Shown here: positions 27,748-35,893 of the stretch, piece after piece | Numbering within the stretch: position 1 is the first letter of the stretch | How the letters are laid out: each line of letters starts with the position of its first letter | Assembly: GCA_035708065.1 (NCBI GenBank) | Contig: DASSTC010000029.1 | Span: 7,959 to 71,958, forward strand | Direction of reading: 5' to 3' | DNA length: 64,000 nt | Origin: Candidatus Limnocylindria bacterium | GTDB lineage: Bacteria; Chloroflexota; Limnocylindria; QHBO01 | The notes under the pieces: generated by a model | What the model saw: the letters and a program-made list of their open reading frames with translations, nothing else | Told to the model about the DNA's origin: nothing | The model's database searches: none | Translations under genes and position numbers: made by a program

Positions 27748-28340
27748 GCATGAACCAGGAAGCGGCGCCGGCTGGCTGGCGCACGGTCGACATCGTGGTG
27801 GTCGCGGTCATCGCTGTCGCCTTCGGGGCAGTGTTCCAGGCGTGGAATGTCGTATGGGAGGCGGTGAGGCCCGCGTTCGCCGCCCTCCCGCCGCTGCAGG
27901 GGCTGATCTATGGCGTCTGGATGCTGCCGGCGGTGATCGCGCCGCTCGTCGTGCGCAAGCCCGGCGCGGCCCTGTTCGCCGAGCTCGTGGCTGCCAGCGC
28001 ATCCGCGCTGTTCGGCGCGCCGTGGGGACTGCTGACCATCGTCTACGGCCTGGTCGAAGGCGGCGCGGCCGAACTCATCTTCGCGATGACCGGCTATCGC
28101 CGCTGGAACGTCGGCGTGGCAATCATCGCCGGGGCCGCGGCGGGCGTCGGCGGCGCGCTGCTCGACCTGGTGATGTACTACCCGAGCTGGGCGGCGAGCT
28201 GGCAGGTGACCTATGCGGTGCTGGTGACGGCAAGCTCGGCGGTCGTCGCCGGCCTGGGTGGCTGGCTGCTGACCCGGGCGCTGGCCGACACCGGCGTCCT
28301 GGCGCCGTTCCCGTCTGGGCGTTCGCAGCGCACGGTCTGA
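27744..28340 (+). CDS. ykoE: ECF-transporter substrate-capture (S) component, YkoE-like (HMP/thiamine)
   Basis: 198 aa from ATG 27744 (ATGA overlap), ~6 TM. Position and size match Bacillus ykoE in THI-box operons. Confidence 0.7.
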   Translation: MSMNQEAAPAGWRTVDIVVVAVIAVAFGAVFQAWNVVWEAVRPAFAALPPLQGLIYGVWMLPAVIAPLVVRKPGAALFAELVAASASALFGAPWGLLTIVYGLVEGGAAELIFAMTGYRRWNVGVAIIAGAAAGVGGALLDLVMYYPSWAASWQVTYAVLVTASSAVVAGLGGWLLTRALADTGVLAPFPSGRSQRTV

Positions 28341-28376
28341 GCCGCCGCGCGCGCATCGGTCTGCTTTGATGGACCG

Positions 28377-29873
28377 ATGAGGCCGGCGGCCAGCATCGAG
28401 GCGCGCGGCTGGGGCTGGCGGCACGCCGGCCGGCGCGAGTGGGCGGTGCGCGGACTCGACCTGCGCATCGAGGCGGGCGAGCGGGTCCTGCTGCTCGGCC
28501 CGTCAGGCGCCGGGAAATCGACGCTGCTGGCGGGGCTTGCCGGGCTGCTCGACCGCGCCGGCGGCGGCGAGTCCGAGGGGGAGCTGCTGGTGGGCGACGT
28601 GCGTCCGGCGGCCGCGCGCGATCGCGTCGGCATCCTGTTCCAGGACCCGGAGACGCAGCTCGTCATGGCGCGGGCCGGTGACGACGTCGCCTTCGGGCTG
28701 GAGAACCGATGCGTCGCGGCCGATGCGATTCCCGGGCGCGTGGACGCGGCGCTCGAGGCCGTCGAGTTCCCGTATCCGGTTGACCGTTCGACGGCGGCGC
28801 TGTCGGGCGGCGAGAAGCAGCGGCTGGCGCTGGCGGGAACGCTGGCTCTCGCGCCGTCGCTGCTGCTGCTCGACGAGCCAACGGCCAATCTGGATCCGTC
28901 GGGCGCTCGCGAGGTTCGCTCGGTGGTGGGGCGCGCGGTGGACAGGCTGGGCGCCACGCTGCTGATGGTTGAGCACCGGGTCGAGGCGGCGCTGCCGCTG
29001 GTCGATCGGGTCGTGGTGCTGGAAGCGGGCGGCGGGGTCGTGGCCGACGGCCGGCCGGCCGAGGTCTTCGCGACGGAGGGCGACCGGCTGGCCGAGGCGG
29101 GAGTGTGGGTTCCCGACGTCCCGCTGCCGTTGCCGCCGCGCCGCGCCCGCTCGACACCGCAGACGCTGCTGCTTGCCGAGCAGGCCGGATTCCGCTACCC
29201 CGGGGCGGAGGTGCCGGCGCTGGGTGGGGTCGACCTCGGCGTGCGCTCCTTCGAGGCCCTGGCCATCCTGGGTCCGAACGGCAGCGGCAAATCGACCTTG
29301 CTGCTGCTGCTCGCCGGGCTGCTGCGCCCGGGGAGTGGCGCGGTCGTCGCAGGCGAGGCGCTGCGCTCCGGGCACGGGCACGAGCCGATCTGGCGTTGGC
29401 CGGCGAGACGGTTGGTCGAGGCGATCGGCACCGTCTTCCAGGACCCCGAGCACCAGTTCCTGACCGGCAGCGTCCGCGAGGAGCTCGTGCTGGGTCCGAT
29501 GCGCGCCGGGCTCGCGCGCCGAATCGCCGAGCGTCGGGCGGACGAGCTGCTCGAGCGGCTGCACCTCGACCCGCTGGCCGGCGCGAACCCGTTCACCCTG
29601 TCCGGGGGTGAGAAGCGGCGGCTGTCGGTCGCCACGGCGCTCGCCACCGCGCCGTCGATCCTGCTGCTCGACGAGCCGACGTTCGGCCAGGATCGACGAA
29701 CGTGGATCGAGCTCCTGCAGCTGCTCGCGGCGCTGCGCGACTCCGGTCGCGGGGTCGGCTTCGTGACCCACGACCTCGACTTCGCCAGCGCGCTTGCCGA
29801 CGCTTCCCTTCAGCTCTCCGGCGGGCATGCCACCGCCAGGACCGATGCAGCTCTTCACGCCGCTCACGCCTGA
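28377..29873 (+). CDS. ykoD: ECF-transporter duplicated ATPase (YkoD-like)
   Basis: 498 aa with two ABC cassettes (GPSGAGKST/LSGGEKQRL/LLLDEP and GPNGSGKST/LSGGEKRRL/LLLDEP). Confidence 0.9.
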   Translation: MRPAASIEARGWGWRHAGRREWAVRGLDLRIEAGERVLLLGPSGAGKSTLLAGLAGLLDRAGGGESEGELLVGDVRPAAARDRVGILFQDPETQLVMARAGDDVAFGLENRCVAADAIPGRVDAALEAVEFPYPVDRSTAALSGGEKQRLALAGTLALAPSLLLLDEPTANLDPSGAREVRSVVGRAVDRLGATLLMVEHRVEAALPLVDRVVVLEAGGGVVADGRPAEVFATEGDRLAEAGVWVPDVPLPLPPRRARSTPQTLLLAEQAGFRYPGAEVPALGGVDLGVRSFEALAILGPNGSGKSTLLLLLAGLLRPGSGAVVAGEALRSGHGHEPIWRWPARRLVEAIGTVFQDPEHQFLTGSVREELVLGPMRAGLARRIAERRADELLERLHLDPLAGANPFTLSGGEKRRLSVATALATAPSILLLDEPTFGQDRRTWIELLQLLAALRDSGRGVGFVTHDLDFASALADASLQLSGGHATARTDAALHAAHA

Positions 29874-30648
29874 CCCCACCGCGCCCCTGGCGCGAGCGAA
29901 CGCCGTCGCCAAGCTTGCGGCGGCAGGCGTGCTGATGCTGGCATGCTTCCTGGCGGTCGACCTGCTCACGCCCGTGCTGATCCTCGCCGTGGAGCTGCTG
30001 GCCACGCTGTTCAGCGGGCTCTCGGCGCGTGCGCTCGTCGGCCGGGCCTGGCCGTTGCTGATCGGCGCGCTGGGGATCGGTCTCGCCAACGCGCTCTTCC
30101 CGGGCGAGGCTTCGGGGACGCTGTTGATCTCGTTCGGACCGATCCGGCTGACGACCGCCAGCCTGCTGACCGGCCTGGGATTGGCACTGCGCCTGCTCGG
30201 CATCGCGTTCGCCGGCGTGCTGGCCCTGGCAACCACCGATCCGACCGACCTGGCGGAATCGCTCGCCCAGCAGCTGCACCTTTCCCCACGCTTCGCCATC
30301 GGCGCACTGGCCGCCGTGCGCCTGCTGCCGCTCCTCGGCCAGGAGTGGCAGACGATCTCGCTGGCGCGCCGGGCACGTGGCGTCGATGCCGGCGGCTCGC
30401 CGGCCGCCGCCGTTCGGCTCTTCGCCGGGATGTTGCTGGCGCTGCTCGTCGCCGGCATCCGTCGCGGGACGCGCCTCGCCATGGCGATGGACGCGCGCGG
30501 CTTCGGCGCCCGCGACTGCCGGACGTGGTCACATCCGCAGCGGATGTCAGCCGGCGATTGGTGGCTGGTGGTGGGTGCGCTGGCCATCGCGGCCGGCGCG
30601 ACCGCGGCGAGCGTGGCGATCGGCAGCTGGCGCTTCCTCTTCGGCTGA
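29845..30648 (+). CDS. ykoC: ECF-transporter transmembrane (T) component (YkoC/EcfT-like)
   Basis: Polytopic protein with the ARGxxxG-type coupling motif (LARRARGVDAGG...LAMAMDARGFG). The start is uncertain (ATG 29827 or 29845; the ORF is open from 29794). Confidence 0.75.
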   Translation: MQLFTPLTPDPTAPLARANAVAKLAAAGVLMLACFLAVDLLTPVLILAVELLATLFSGLSARALVGRAWPLLIGALGIGLANALFPGEASGTLLISFGPIRLTTASLLTGLGLALRLLGIAFAGVLALATTDPTDLAESLAQQLHLSPRFAIGALAAVRLLPLLGQEWQTISLARRARGVDAGGSPAAAVRLFAGMLLALLVAGIRRGTRLAMAMDARGFGARDCRTWSHPQRMSAGDWWLVVGALAIAAGATAASVAIGSWRFLFG

Positions 30649-30798
30649 CCACGTTCCGAAGCCCGCGGGTGTCGCCCGCGCCTGCCATCCGGAGGAATTG
30701 ATGGTCGATCTATCGCCTGTCGCGCACATTCCGGGGACTCAGCCCCGCGAAGGTCCTCCCGCGACGACAACGCGCCGGCGCCTCGCGCGACTGAGCGC

Positions 30799-32079
30799 TC
30801 AGGGGTGGGACTGAAACGGCTCCAGCCAGGTCGGCTCGTGCGCGGCGCCGACGTACCGCGCGGGATCGAACGGGGCCAATGACAACGTGCGCGCGGCGCC
30901 CGACGCGATCAGCTCCCCGAGCAGCATGCCCATGACCGGCGCGTACGGCAGCCCGTGGCCGGTGAAGCCGCAGGCCAGGTAGCCGCCGGGCATCGGCCGA
31001 CCGTCGGGATCCGGCAACCAACCGACCATCGGGATCTCGAGCGAGGCGAAGTCGAGCAGTCCCGCCCACGAGCGCACGATGCGCACGTCGCGCAGCGCTG
31101 GATGCAGGCGGCCGAGCAGCCCCGCCAGCAGCGGCGGCATGTGCGGGCGCACCAGCATCGAGTACGAGCCGATCCCCATCTCCTCGTCGGCCACCGCGAA
31201 CCCGCCGATCAGCACCTCGCCGGTGCGCATCTGGCGCCAGTACTCGTTGCAGCTGTTCGTCTCGAAGCCCGGGCGCAGCATCGGCGGCAGCTGCTCGGTG
31301 ACGAGGACGTGCTCGCGGATGGGCGTCAGGTTCTGACCGATGCCTCCGACGAGCGCCGGCGTCCAGGCATTCGTCGCCACGAGCACCGCGTCCGCGGCGA
31401 CCTCGCCGGCGGACGTCGCCACGCCGGTCACGCGGCCACCACGAAACAGCAGGCGCTCGACGCGCACGCCGGTGACCACGGTGGCGCCCCCGCGAGCGGC
31501 CGCTTCGAGCAGGCCATAGACCAGGCGGAACGGGTTCAGCTTCCCGTCGCGCGGCGTCCACTTGGCGGCGAGGACCTGTGACACGTCGATCGCCGGCGCC
31601 AGCTCGCCGAGCTCGTTGGTGTCGATAACGCGCACGTCGAGACCCTCGGCAGTCTGGGCGGCGGCCATGGCCCGACCATGCGCCAGTTCACCCTCGGTCA
31701 TCAGCAGGTCGAGCGAGCCGAAGCGGTCCCACTCGATCCCGCCGGGCAGCTCGGCGTCGAGCTCCTCGAGCAGGTCGAGCGAACGGCAGGTGTAGTCCAG
31801 GATCGAGCGACCCTCGGCCTGCTGGACGAGCGCGGTGACGCGCGGGAAGTGGCCGCCCAGCCCAGCCAGCGCCATCCCCGCCAGCCGTCCGCTGGCCCCC
31901 GATGCCGGCGCGTTGGCCTCGATGACCAGTGGCCGCATCCCGACCTGCGTCAGCCGGTACGCCGCCGACGCGCCGGCCATCCCGGCGCCGACCACCACCA
32001 CCTCGGCGTGGCGCGGCAGCTCGGCGGCCGGCGAGGGCGTGAAGGGAACCGCCTCCGGCGGTGGCGCGAAGCGCGGCAT
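30799..32079 (-). CDS. FAD-dependent oxidoreductase (DAO family)
   Basis: 426 aa with an N-terminal dinucleotide fold (VVVVGAGMAGASAAYRL). Length and C-terminal GHG motif are typical of the sarcosine/glycine-oxidase-like family. Confidence 0.75.
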   Translation of the reverse strand: MPRFAPPPEAVPFTPSPAAELPRHAEVVVVGAGMAGASAAYRLTQVGMRPLVIEANAPASGASGRLAGMALAGLGGHFPRVTALVQQAEGRSILDYTCRSLDLLEELDAELPGGIEWDRFGSLDLLMTEGELAHGRAMAAAQTAEGLDVRVIDTNELGELAPAIDVSQVLAAKWTPRDGKLNPFRLVYGLLEAAARGGATVVTGVRVERLLFRGGRVTGVATSAGEVAADAVLVATNAWTPALVGGIGQNLTPIREHVLVTEQLPPMLRPGFETNSCNEYWRQMRTGEVLIGGFAVADEEMGIGSYSMLVRPHMPPLLAGLLGRLHPALRDVRIVRSWAGLLDFASLEIPMVGWLPDPDGRPMPGGYLACGFTGHGLPYAPVMGMLLGELIASGAARTLSLAPFDPARYVGAAHEPTWLEPFQSHP

Positions 32080-32102
32080 CCGGTCGAGTGTACCCTCGCG
32101 CC

Positions 32103-33083
32103 ATGCCGAGATCGGAGGAGGTCACCTTCAGCGCCGGCGAGATCGAGCTCGCCGGCACGCTGACCCTGCCCGACGACCCGCCCGCGCCGGAGGCGCCGGG
32201 CCGCTACCCGAACGTCGTGCTGCTCGCCAGCTGGCTGCCGCGCGACCGGGATGGCGCCTACGACCGTATCGGTCAGCCGACCTGGTTCGGCCATGGACCG
32301 ATGGGGGTCGACGAGGACGCCCTGCTCCATCGACTGGCCGATGCGCTGGCGGCGCACGGCGTCGCCAGCCTGCGCTACGACAAGCGCGGGTGTGGCGCAT
32401 CGGGCGGCTCATGGGCCGATGCCGACCTGTTCACGCTCATCGACGACGTGCGCGATGCCCTCGGCTGGGTGCGTTCGCGACGCGACCTCGACCTGCGGCG
32501 GACCGGCCTGGCCGGCCACGGCGAGGGCGTCGGGCTGGCGCTGAGCGTGGCGATCAGCGATCCGGCGGTCGGGGCATTGACGCTGATCGGCGGGTCGGCG
32601 AGATCGTTTCGCGACGCGCTGCGGCGCGCGGTGGCCGAGCGGGCTCGGACCGGCTGGGACCGCGACCAGCCGCTGGTCGTGGCCCTGGACCGTGCCGCCG
32701 AGGAGCTGATCGAGCGGGCAGACCGCGGCGAGCGTGGCTTCGAGCTGCCGATCCCCGGCGGACAGCGCGCGACGCTCTCGCTGGCCTGGTGGGAGCAGGC
32801 ATTCCGCACCCCGCCGCTGGCACTGGCGACCATGCTGCATCGGTCCGTGGCGCTGGTCCACGGGGAGCTGGATGCCTGGGCGGATCCGGCGGAGAGCCGG
32901 CTGCTCGAACGGTTCCTGCTCGAAGGAGGCAACCAGCCGTCGCTGCGGGTCGTGAGCGGGGCGCGGCACGAGCTGGCCGAGGCGCCGGACGGAGTGATCG
33001 ACGAGATCGCCGCCGACCTTGCAGCGCGGCTCCTGCCCCGCGAGCTGCCGCCGGTGCTCCTGGCGATCGAGGGCAGCGAGTGA
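32103..33083 (+). CDS. Alpha/beta-hydrolase-fold protein with atypical nucleophile elbow
   Basis: 326 aa from ATG 32103 (TGTACCCT box 6 nt upstream). The fold pattern is recognisable, but the elbow reads GHGEG rather than GxSxG. Confidence 0.6.
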   Translation: MPRSEEVTFSAGEIELAGTLTLPDDPPAPEAPGRYPNVVLLASWLPRDRDGAYDRIGQPTWFGHGPMGVDEDALLHRLADALAAHGVASLRYDKRGCGASGGSWADADLFTLIDDVRDALGWVRSRRDLDLRRTGLAGHGEGVGLALSVAISDPAVGALTLIGGSARSFRDALRRAVAERARTGWDRDQPLVVALDRAAEELIERADRGERGFELPIPGGQRATLSLAWWEQAFRTPPLALATMLHRSVALVHGELDAWADPAESRLLERFLLEGGNQPSLRVVSGARHELAEAPDGVIDEIAADLAARLLPRELPPVLLAIEGSE

Positions 33084-33233
33084 TCGCGCCGGAGGGACGC
33101 CGTCGATGCGCCGTGACCGGCAGATTTCCGTCACGTGCGAGTTAGGCTGCTGAACCCGGCGTTGTCGCCGGCGAGCAGGCATGCGCACGCTCGCACCGGC
33201 TCAGCGGGCGCCTCGAATTCGCCTTCTACGCGC

Positions 33234-33319
33234 CTAATTCCTGCCTGACAGGAATCTGTCAGCGAATCCGGCGCGCGCCGCGCTAATTCCACCCTGGCAG
33301 GAATCTGCCAACGAATCCG
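33234..33319 (+). repeat. Two tandem 37-nt units (period 49 bp), each containing a dyad TG(A/G)CAG-GAAT-CTG(T/C)CA
   Basis: Unit 1 (33234-33270) and unit 2 (33283-33319) are 32/37 identical. Two paired substitutions keep the inverted repeat intact. The units sit about 60-150 bp upstream of bcp. Confidence 0.7.
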
Positions 33320-33389
33320 TTGTGCCTCGACCCGCAATCGACCTGCGCCGCCACGCCTCGTCCTGCGCAACCGGGCTAGGATTGACGGC

Positions 33390-33875
33390 ATGACACAGCA
33401 GACAGAAGTGACCCGCCGTCTCGAGGCGGGCGAGCGGGCACCCGAATGGAGCATGACTGCCGACGACGAATCGACGGTCAGCAGCGACGCCCTCGCCGGC
33501 GAGCGGTACGTCCTCTACTTCTACCCCAAGGACGACACCCCCGGCTGCACGAAGCAGGCGTGCGGCATCCGCGACAACATCGGCCGCGTGACCGCTACGG
33601 GCGTGAAGCTGTTCGGGGTGTCGCCGCAGAGCGTGAAGAGCCATCAGAAGTTCCGCGACAAGTACGCGCTGCCGTATCGCCTGCTGGCCGATGATGACCA
33701 CCGCGTCGCCGATGCGTTCGGCGTCTGGATCCAGAAGTCCTTCGCCGGCAAGAGCTATTACGGCAACGAGCGCAGCACGTTCGTCATCGGTGCGGACGGC
33801 GTGATCGAGCACGTGCTGGCGAAGGTGAAGCCCGAGGAGCACGTCGACCAGCTGCTCGAGGTGCTGGCGGCGTGA
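33390..33875 (+). CDS. bcp: Thioredoxin-dependent thiol peroxidase (Bcp-type peroxiredoxin)
   Basis: 161 aa with YFYPKDDTPGCTKQACG, including the peroxidatic Cys context. TAGGAT box 7 nt upstream of the ATG. Confidence 0.9.
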   Translation: MTQQTEVTRRLEAGERAPEWSMTADDESTVSSDALAGERYVLYFYPKDDTPGCTKQACGIRDNIGRVTATGVKLFGVSPQSVKSHQKFRDKYALPYRLLADDDHRVADAFGVWIQKSFAGKSYYGNERSTFVIGADGVIEHVLAKVKPEEHVDQLLEVLAA

Positions 33876-33985
33876 ACGGGCACCAGGACCGGACGAACGT
33901 CATCGTGTCGATTGCCGTCGTCGTGGTTCTGCTGCTGATCGTGGCGGCGGTACTCGGTCTGATGATGTTGCTGAAACCGTTCTAG
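33872..33985 (+). CDS. 37-aa single-TM peptide (not in ORF track)
   Basis: The GTG overlaps the bcp stop (GTGA). Translation is MNGHQDRTNVIVSIAVVVVLLLIVAAVLGLMMLLKPF. Confidence 0.4.
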   Translation: MNGHQDRTNVIVSIAVVVVLLLIVAAVLGLMMLLKPF

Positions 33986-33992
33986 GCCACCG

Positions 33993-34133
33993 ATGCTCTG
34001 GGTCGTTCTTGCCGTCGTCCTCGTCGCCTGGTTGGCCGGCCTGCTGCTGCAGATCGGCCCGATCGTGAACCTGCTGCTGGTGATCGCCGCGATCCTGCTG
34101 GTGGTGCAGGTGCTCAACGAGCGCGAGGCCTAG
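33993..34133 (+). CDS. lmo0937-family small membrane protein (46 aa, not in ORF track)
   Basis: MLWVVLAVVLVAWLAGLLLQIGPIVNLLLVIAAILLVVQVLNEREA. Paralogous to the next ORF (MLW...LW/WL...LLLVIAAI pattern). Confidence 0.6.
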   Translation: MLWVVLAVVLVAWLAGLLLQIGPIVNLLLVIAAILLVVQVLNEREA

Positions 34134-34206
34134 CAACGGTTCGCTCGCCGGGCTGGCATGCGATGTGCGTTCGAGTCTCGCATAACCGAAAGGAGGCTCG
34201 AACCGG

Positions 34207-34353
34207 ATGCTGTGGACGATCATCGTCATCCTGCTGGTTCTGTGGCTGCTCGGGCTGATCACGGGGGCAGTGGGAAACCTCATCTGGATCCTGCTGGTGA
34301 TCGCCGCGATCGTGCTGCTCTATCAGCTGATCACCGGCCGCCGCGCGGTCTGA
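34207..34353 (+). CDS. lmo0937-family small membrane protein (48 aa, not in ORF track)
   Basis: MLWTIIVILLVLWLLGLITGAVGNLIWILLVIAAIVLLYQLITGRRAV, with AGGAGG 10 nt upstream. Matches the family hallmark MLWTIIVILL...GRR. Confidence 0.75.
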   Translation: MLWTIIVILLVLWLLGLITGAVGNLIWILLVIAAIVLLYQLITGRRAV

Positions 34354-34560
34354 CCCTCGCCCATTCGCGTCACGCCACAGCGTGACGATCGCGTCGTTGC
34401 TCGCTCGTTCCGGTCGTGCCCGGCCGGGGCGGGCGAGCAGCCCTATTCGAGCAGCGGGGCTGATCTCGGGCCTGCCTCCGACGCGGGCGGCAGCGTCGAG
34501 ATCGTTGCCCCTCCCACGCGACACCCGAGCTGTCACGAGCATCGGCTACCCTTGGGCGCG

Positions 34561-35889
34561 GTGCCGTCGATCCAGCCGTTCCGCTTCCTGCACACCGGCG
34601 ATCTCCACCTCGACAGCCCGTTCGAGGGGATCAGCGCCGACGCGCCTGCCGACATCGTGGCGACCCTCCGACAGGCGACGACCGCGGCCTGGCGCAATGT
34701 CGTCCAGGTGGCGATCGCCGAGCGGGTCGACTTCGTGGTCATCGCCGGGGACGTCTTCGAGAATCGCAGCCCGACGCTGCTGGGACAGACCCGTTTCCGT
34801 GACGGTCTGGCCGAGCTCGCCGAGCAGGGCATTCCGAGCTTCGTGGTGCACGGCAACCATGATCCGCTCGACGGCCATTCGTGGTCGCCCAGCCTGGCAT
34901 TTCCGTCGCTGACGCATCGGTTCGGTACCAATGCGGTCGAGGCGGTGCCGGTCATGCGCGACGGCCGGGAGCTCGCACGGGTGTACGGGCGGAGCTTCGA
35001 CCGGGCTGCGGTGACCGCCAACCTGGCGGCCGGCTTCCGGCGTGATGCCGACGCCCCGTTCGCCATCGGCCTGCTGCACACCAACGTGGGGGACCGGCCG
35101 GGGCACGGCAATTACGCGCCATCATCGGTCGAGGACCTGCGTGCGTCGGGGATGGACTACTGGGCGCTCGGGCACATCCACAAGCCGGGGATCGTCATCG
35201 ATCGCCAGCCGCTGGCCGCCTACTGCGGCATCCCGCAGGGCCGCGATCCCGGCGAGACGGGCGCGCGAGGCTGCTGGCTGGTCGAGGTCGATGGCAGCGG
35301 CACGCCGTCGGCACGCTTCATCGAGACCGATGCGGTTCGCTGGCTCCATCTCGAGCAGTCGATCGAGTCACTCGGCGACGACGAGTCGCTCAACCGCGTC
35401 CTCCGATCACGCCTGGCCGATGCGGTGGCCGATGCCGGCCGTCGCTCGTTGGTGGTGCGCGTTCATCTCACGGGACGCGGCCCGCTGCACGCCCACCTGC
35501 GGCGCTCCGGCTACCTCGCCGACCTGCGCGAGCTGCTCAACGACGAGGCGACCGCCACGCTGCCATTCGCCTGGGTCGAGTCGATCCGCGACGCCACGCG
35601 GCCGCAGGTCGACCTCGCGGCGCGGCGCGCCACGCCCGACTTCGTCGGCGACTTCCTGCGGACCGCGCAGGCCGCGAGACGTGCCGAGCGCACGACCGAT
35701 CCGGACGAGCACGATGCCTGGCTGGCCACGCTTCGCGGCGCGGTGGCGCCGCTCTTCGACGACGCGCCACGTGGGCGCAAGCACCTCGGCGGCGCCCGCC
35801 CGGACGATGCGGCGCTGTTCGGGGAGCTGCTCGACGAGGCGGAGGTGCTCGCGCTCGACCTGCTGCTCGCCGCGGAAGAGGAGCGCTAG
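34561..35889 (+). CDS. Mre11/SbcD-type metallophosphoesterase (YhaO/SbcF-like)
   Basis: Phosphoesterase motifs HTGDLHLD, AGDVFE and GNHDP. Start set at GTG 34561 (TACCCT box 8 nt upstream); the ORF is open from TTG 34552. Confidence 0.8.
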   Translation: MPSIQPFRFLHTGDLHLDSPFEGISADAPADIVATLRQATTAAWRNVVQVAIAERVDFVVIAGDVFENRSPTLLGQTRFRDGLAELAEQGIPSFVVHGNHDPLDGHSWSPSLAFPSLTHRFGTNAVEAVPVMRDGRELARVYGRSFDRAAVTANLAAGFRRDADAPFAIGLLHTNVGDRPGHGNYAPSSVEDLRASGMDYWALGHIHKPGIVIDRQPLAAYCGIPQGRDPGETGARGCWLVEVDGSGTPSARFIETDAVRWLHLEQSIESLGDDESLNRVLRSRLADAVADAGRRSLVVRVHLTGRGPLHAHLRRSGYLADLRELLNDEATATLPFAWVESIRDATRPQVDLAARRATPDFVGDFLRTAQAARRAERTTDPDEHDAWLATLRGAVAPLFDDAPRGRKHLGGARPDDAALFGELLDEAEVLALDLLLAAEEER

Positions 35890-35893
35890 GCGG

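Noticed and set aside
30701-30814. 37-codon ORF with a strong GGAGGA Shine-Dalgarno in the convergent spacer after ykoC.
   Set aside because: The product (MVDLSPVAHIPGTQPREGPPATTTRRRLARLSAQGWD) has no recognisable features and overlaps the 3' end of the opposing oxidoreductase gene. It cannot be supported without expression or conservation data.
33234-33319. Tandem repeats as a possible CRISPR array.
   Set aside because: There are only two units, a 12-nt spacer, no cas genes in the window, and the units are imperfect. They are better explained as regulatory dyads.
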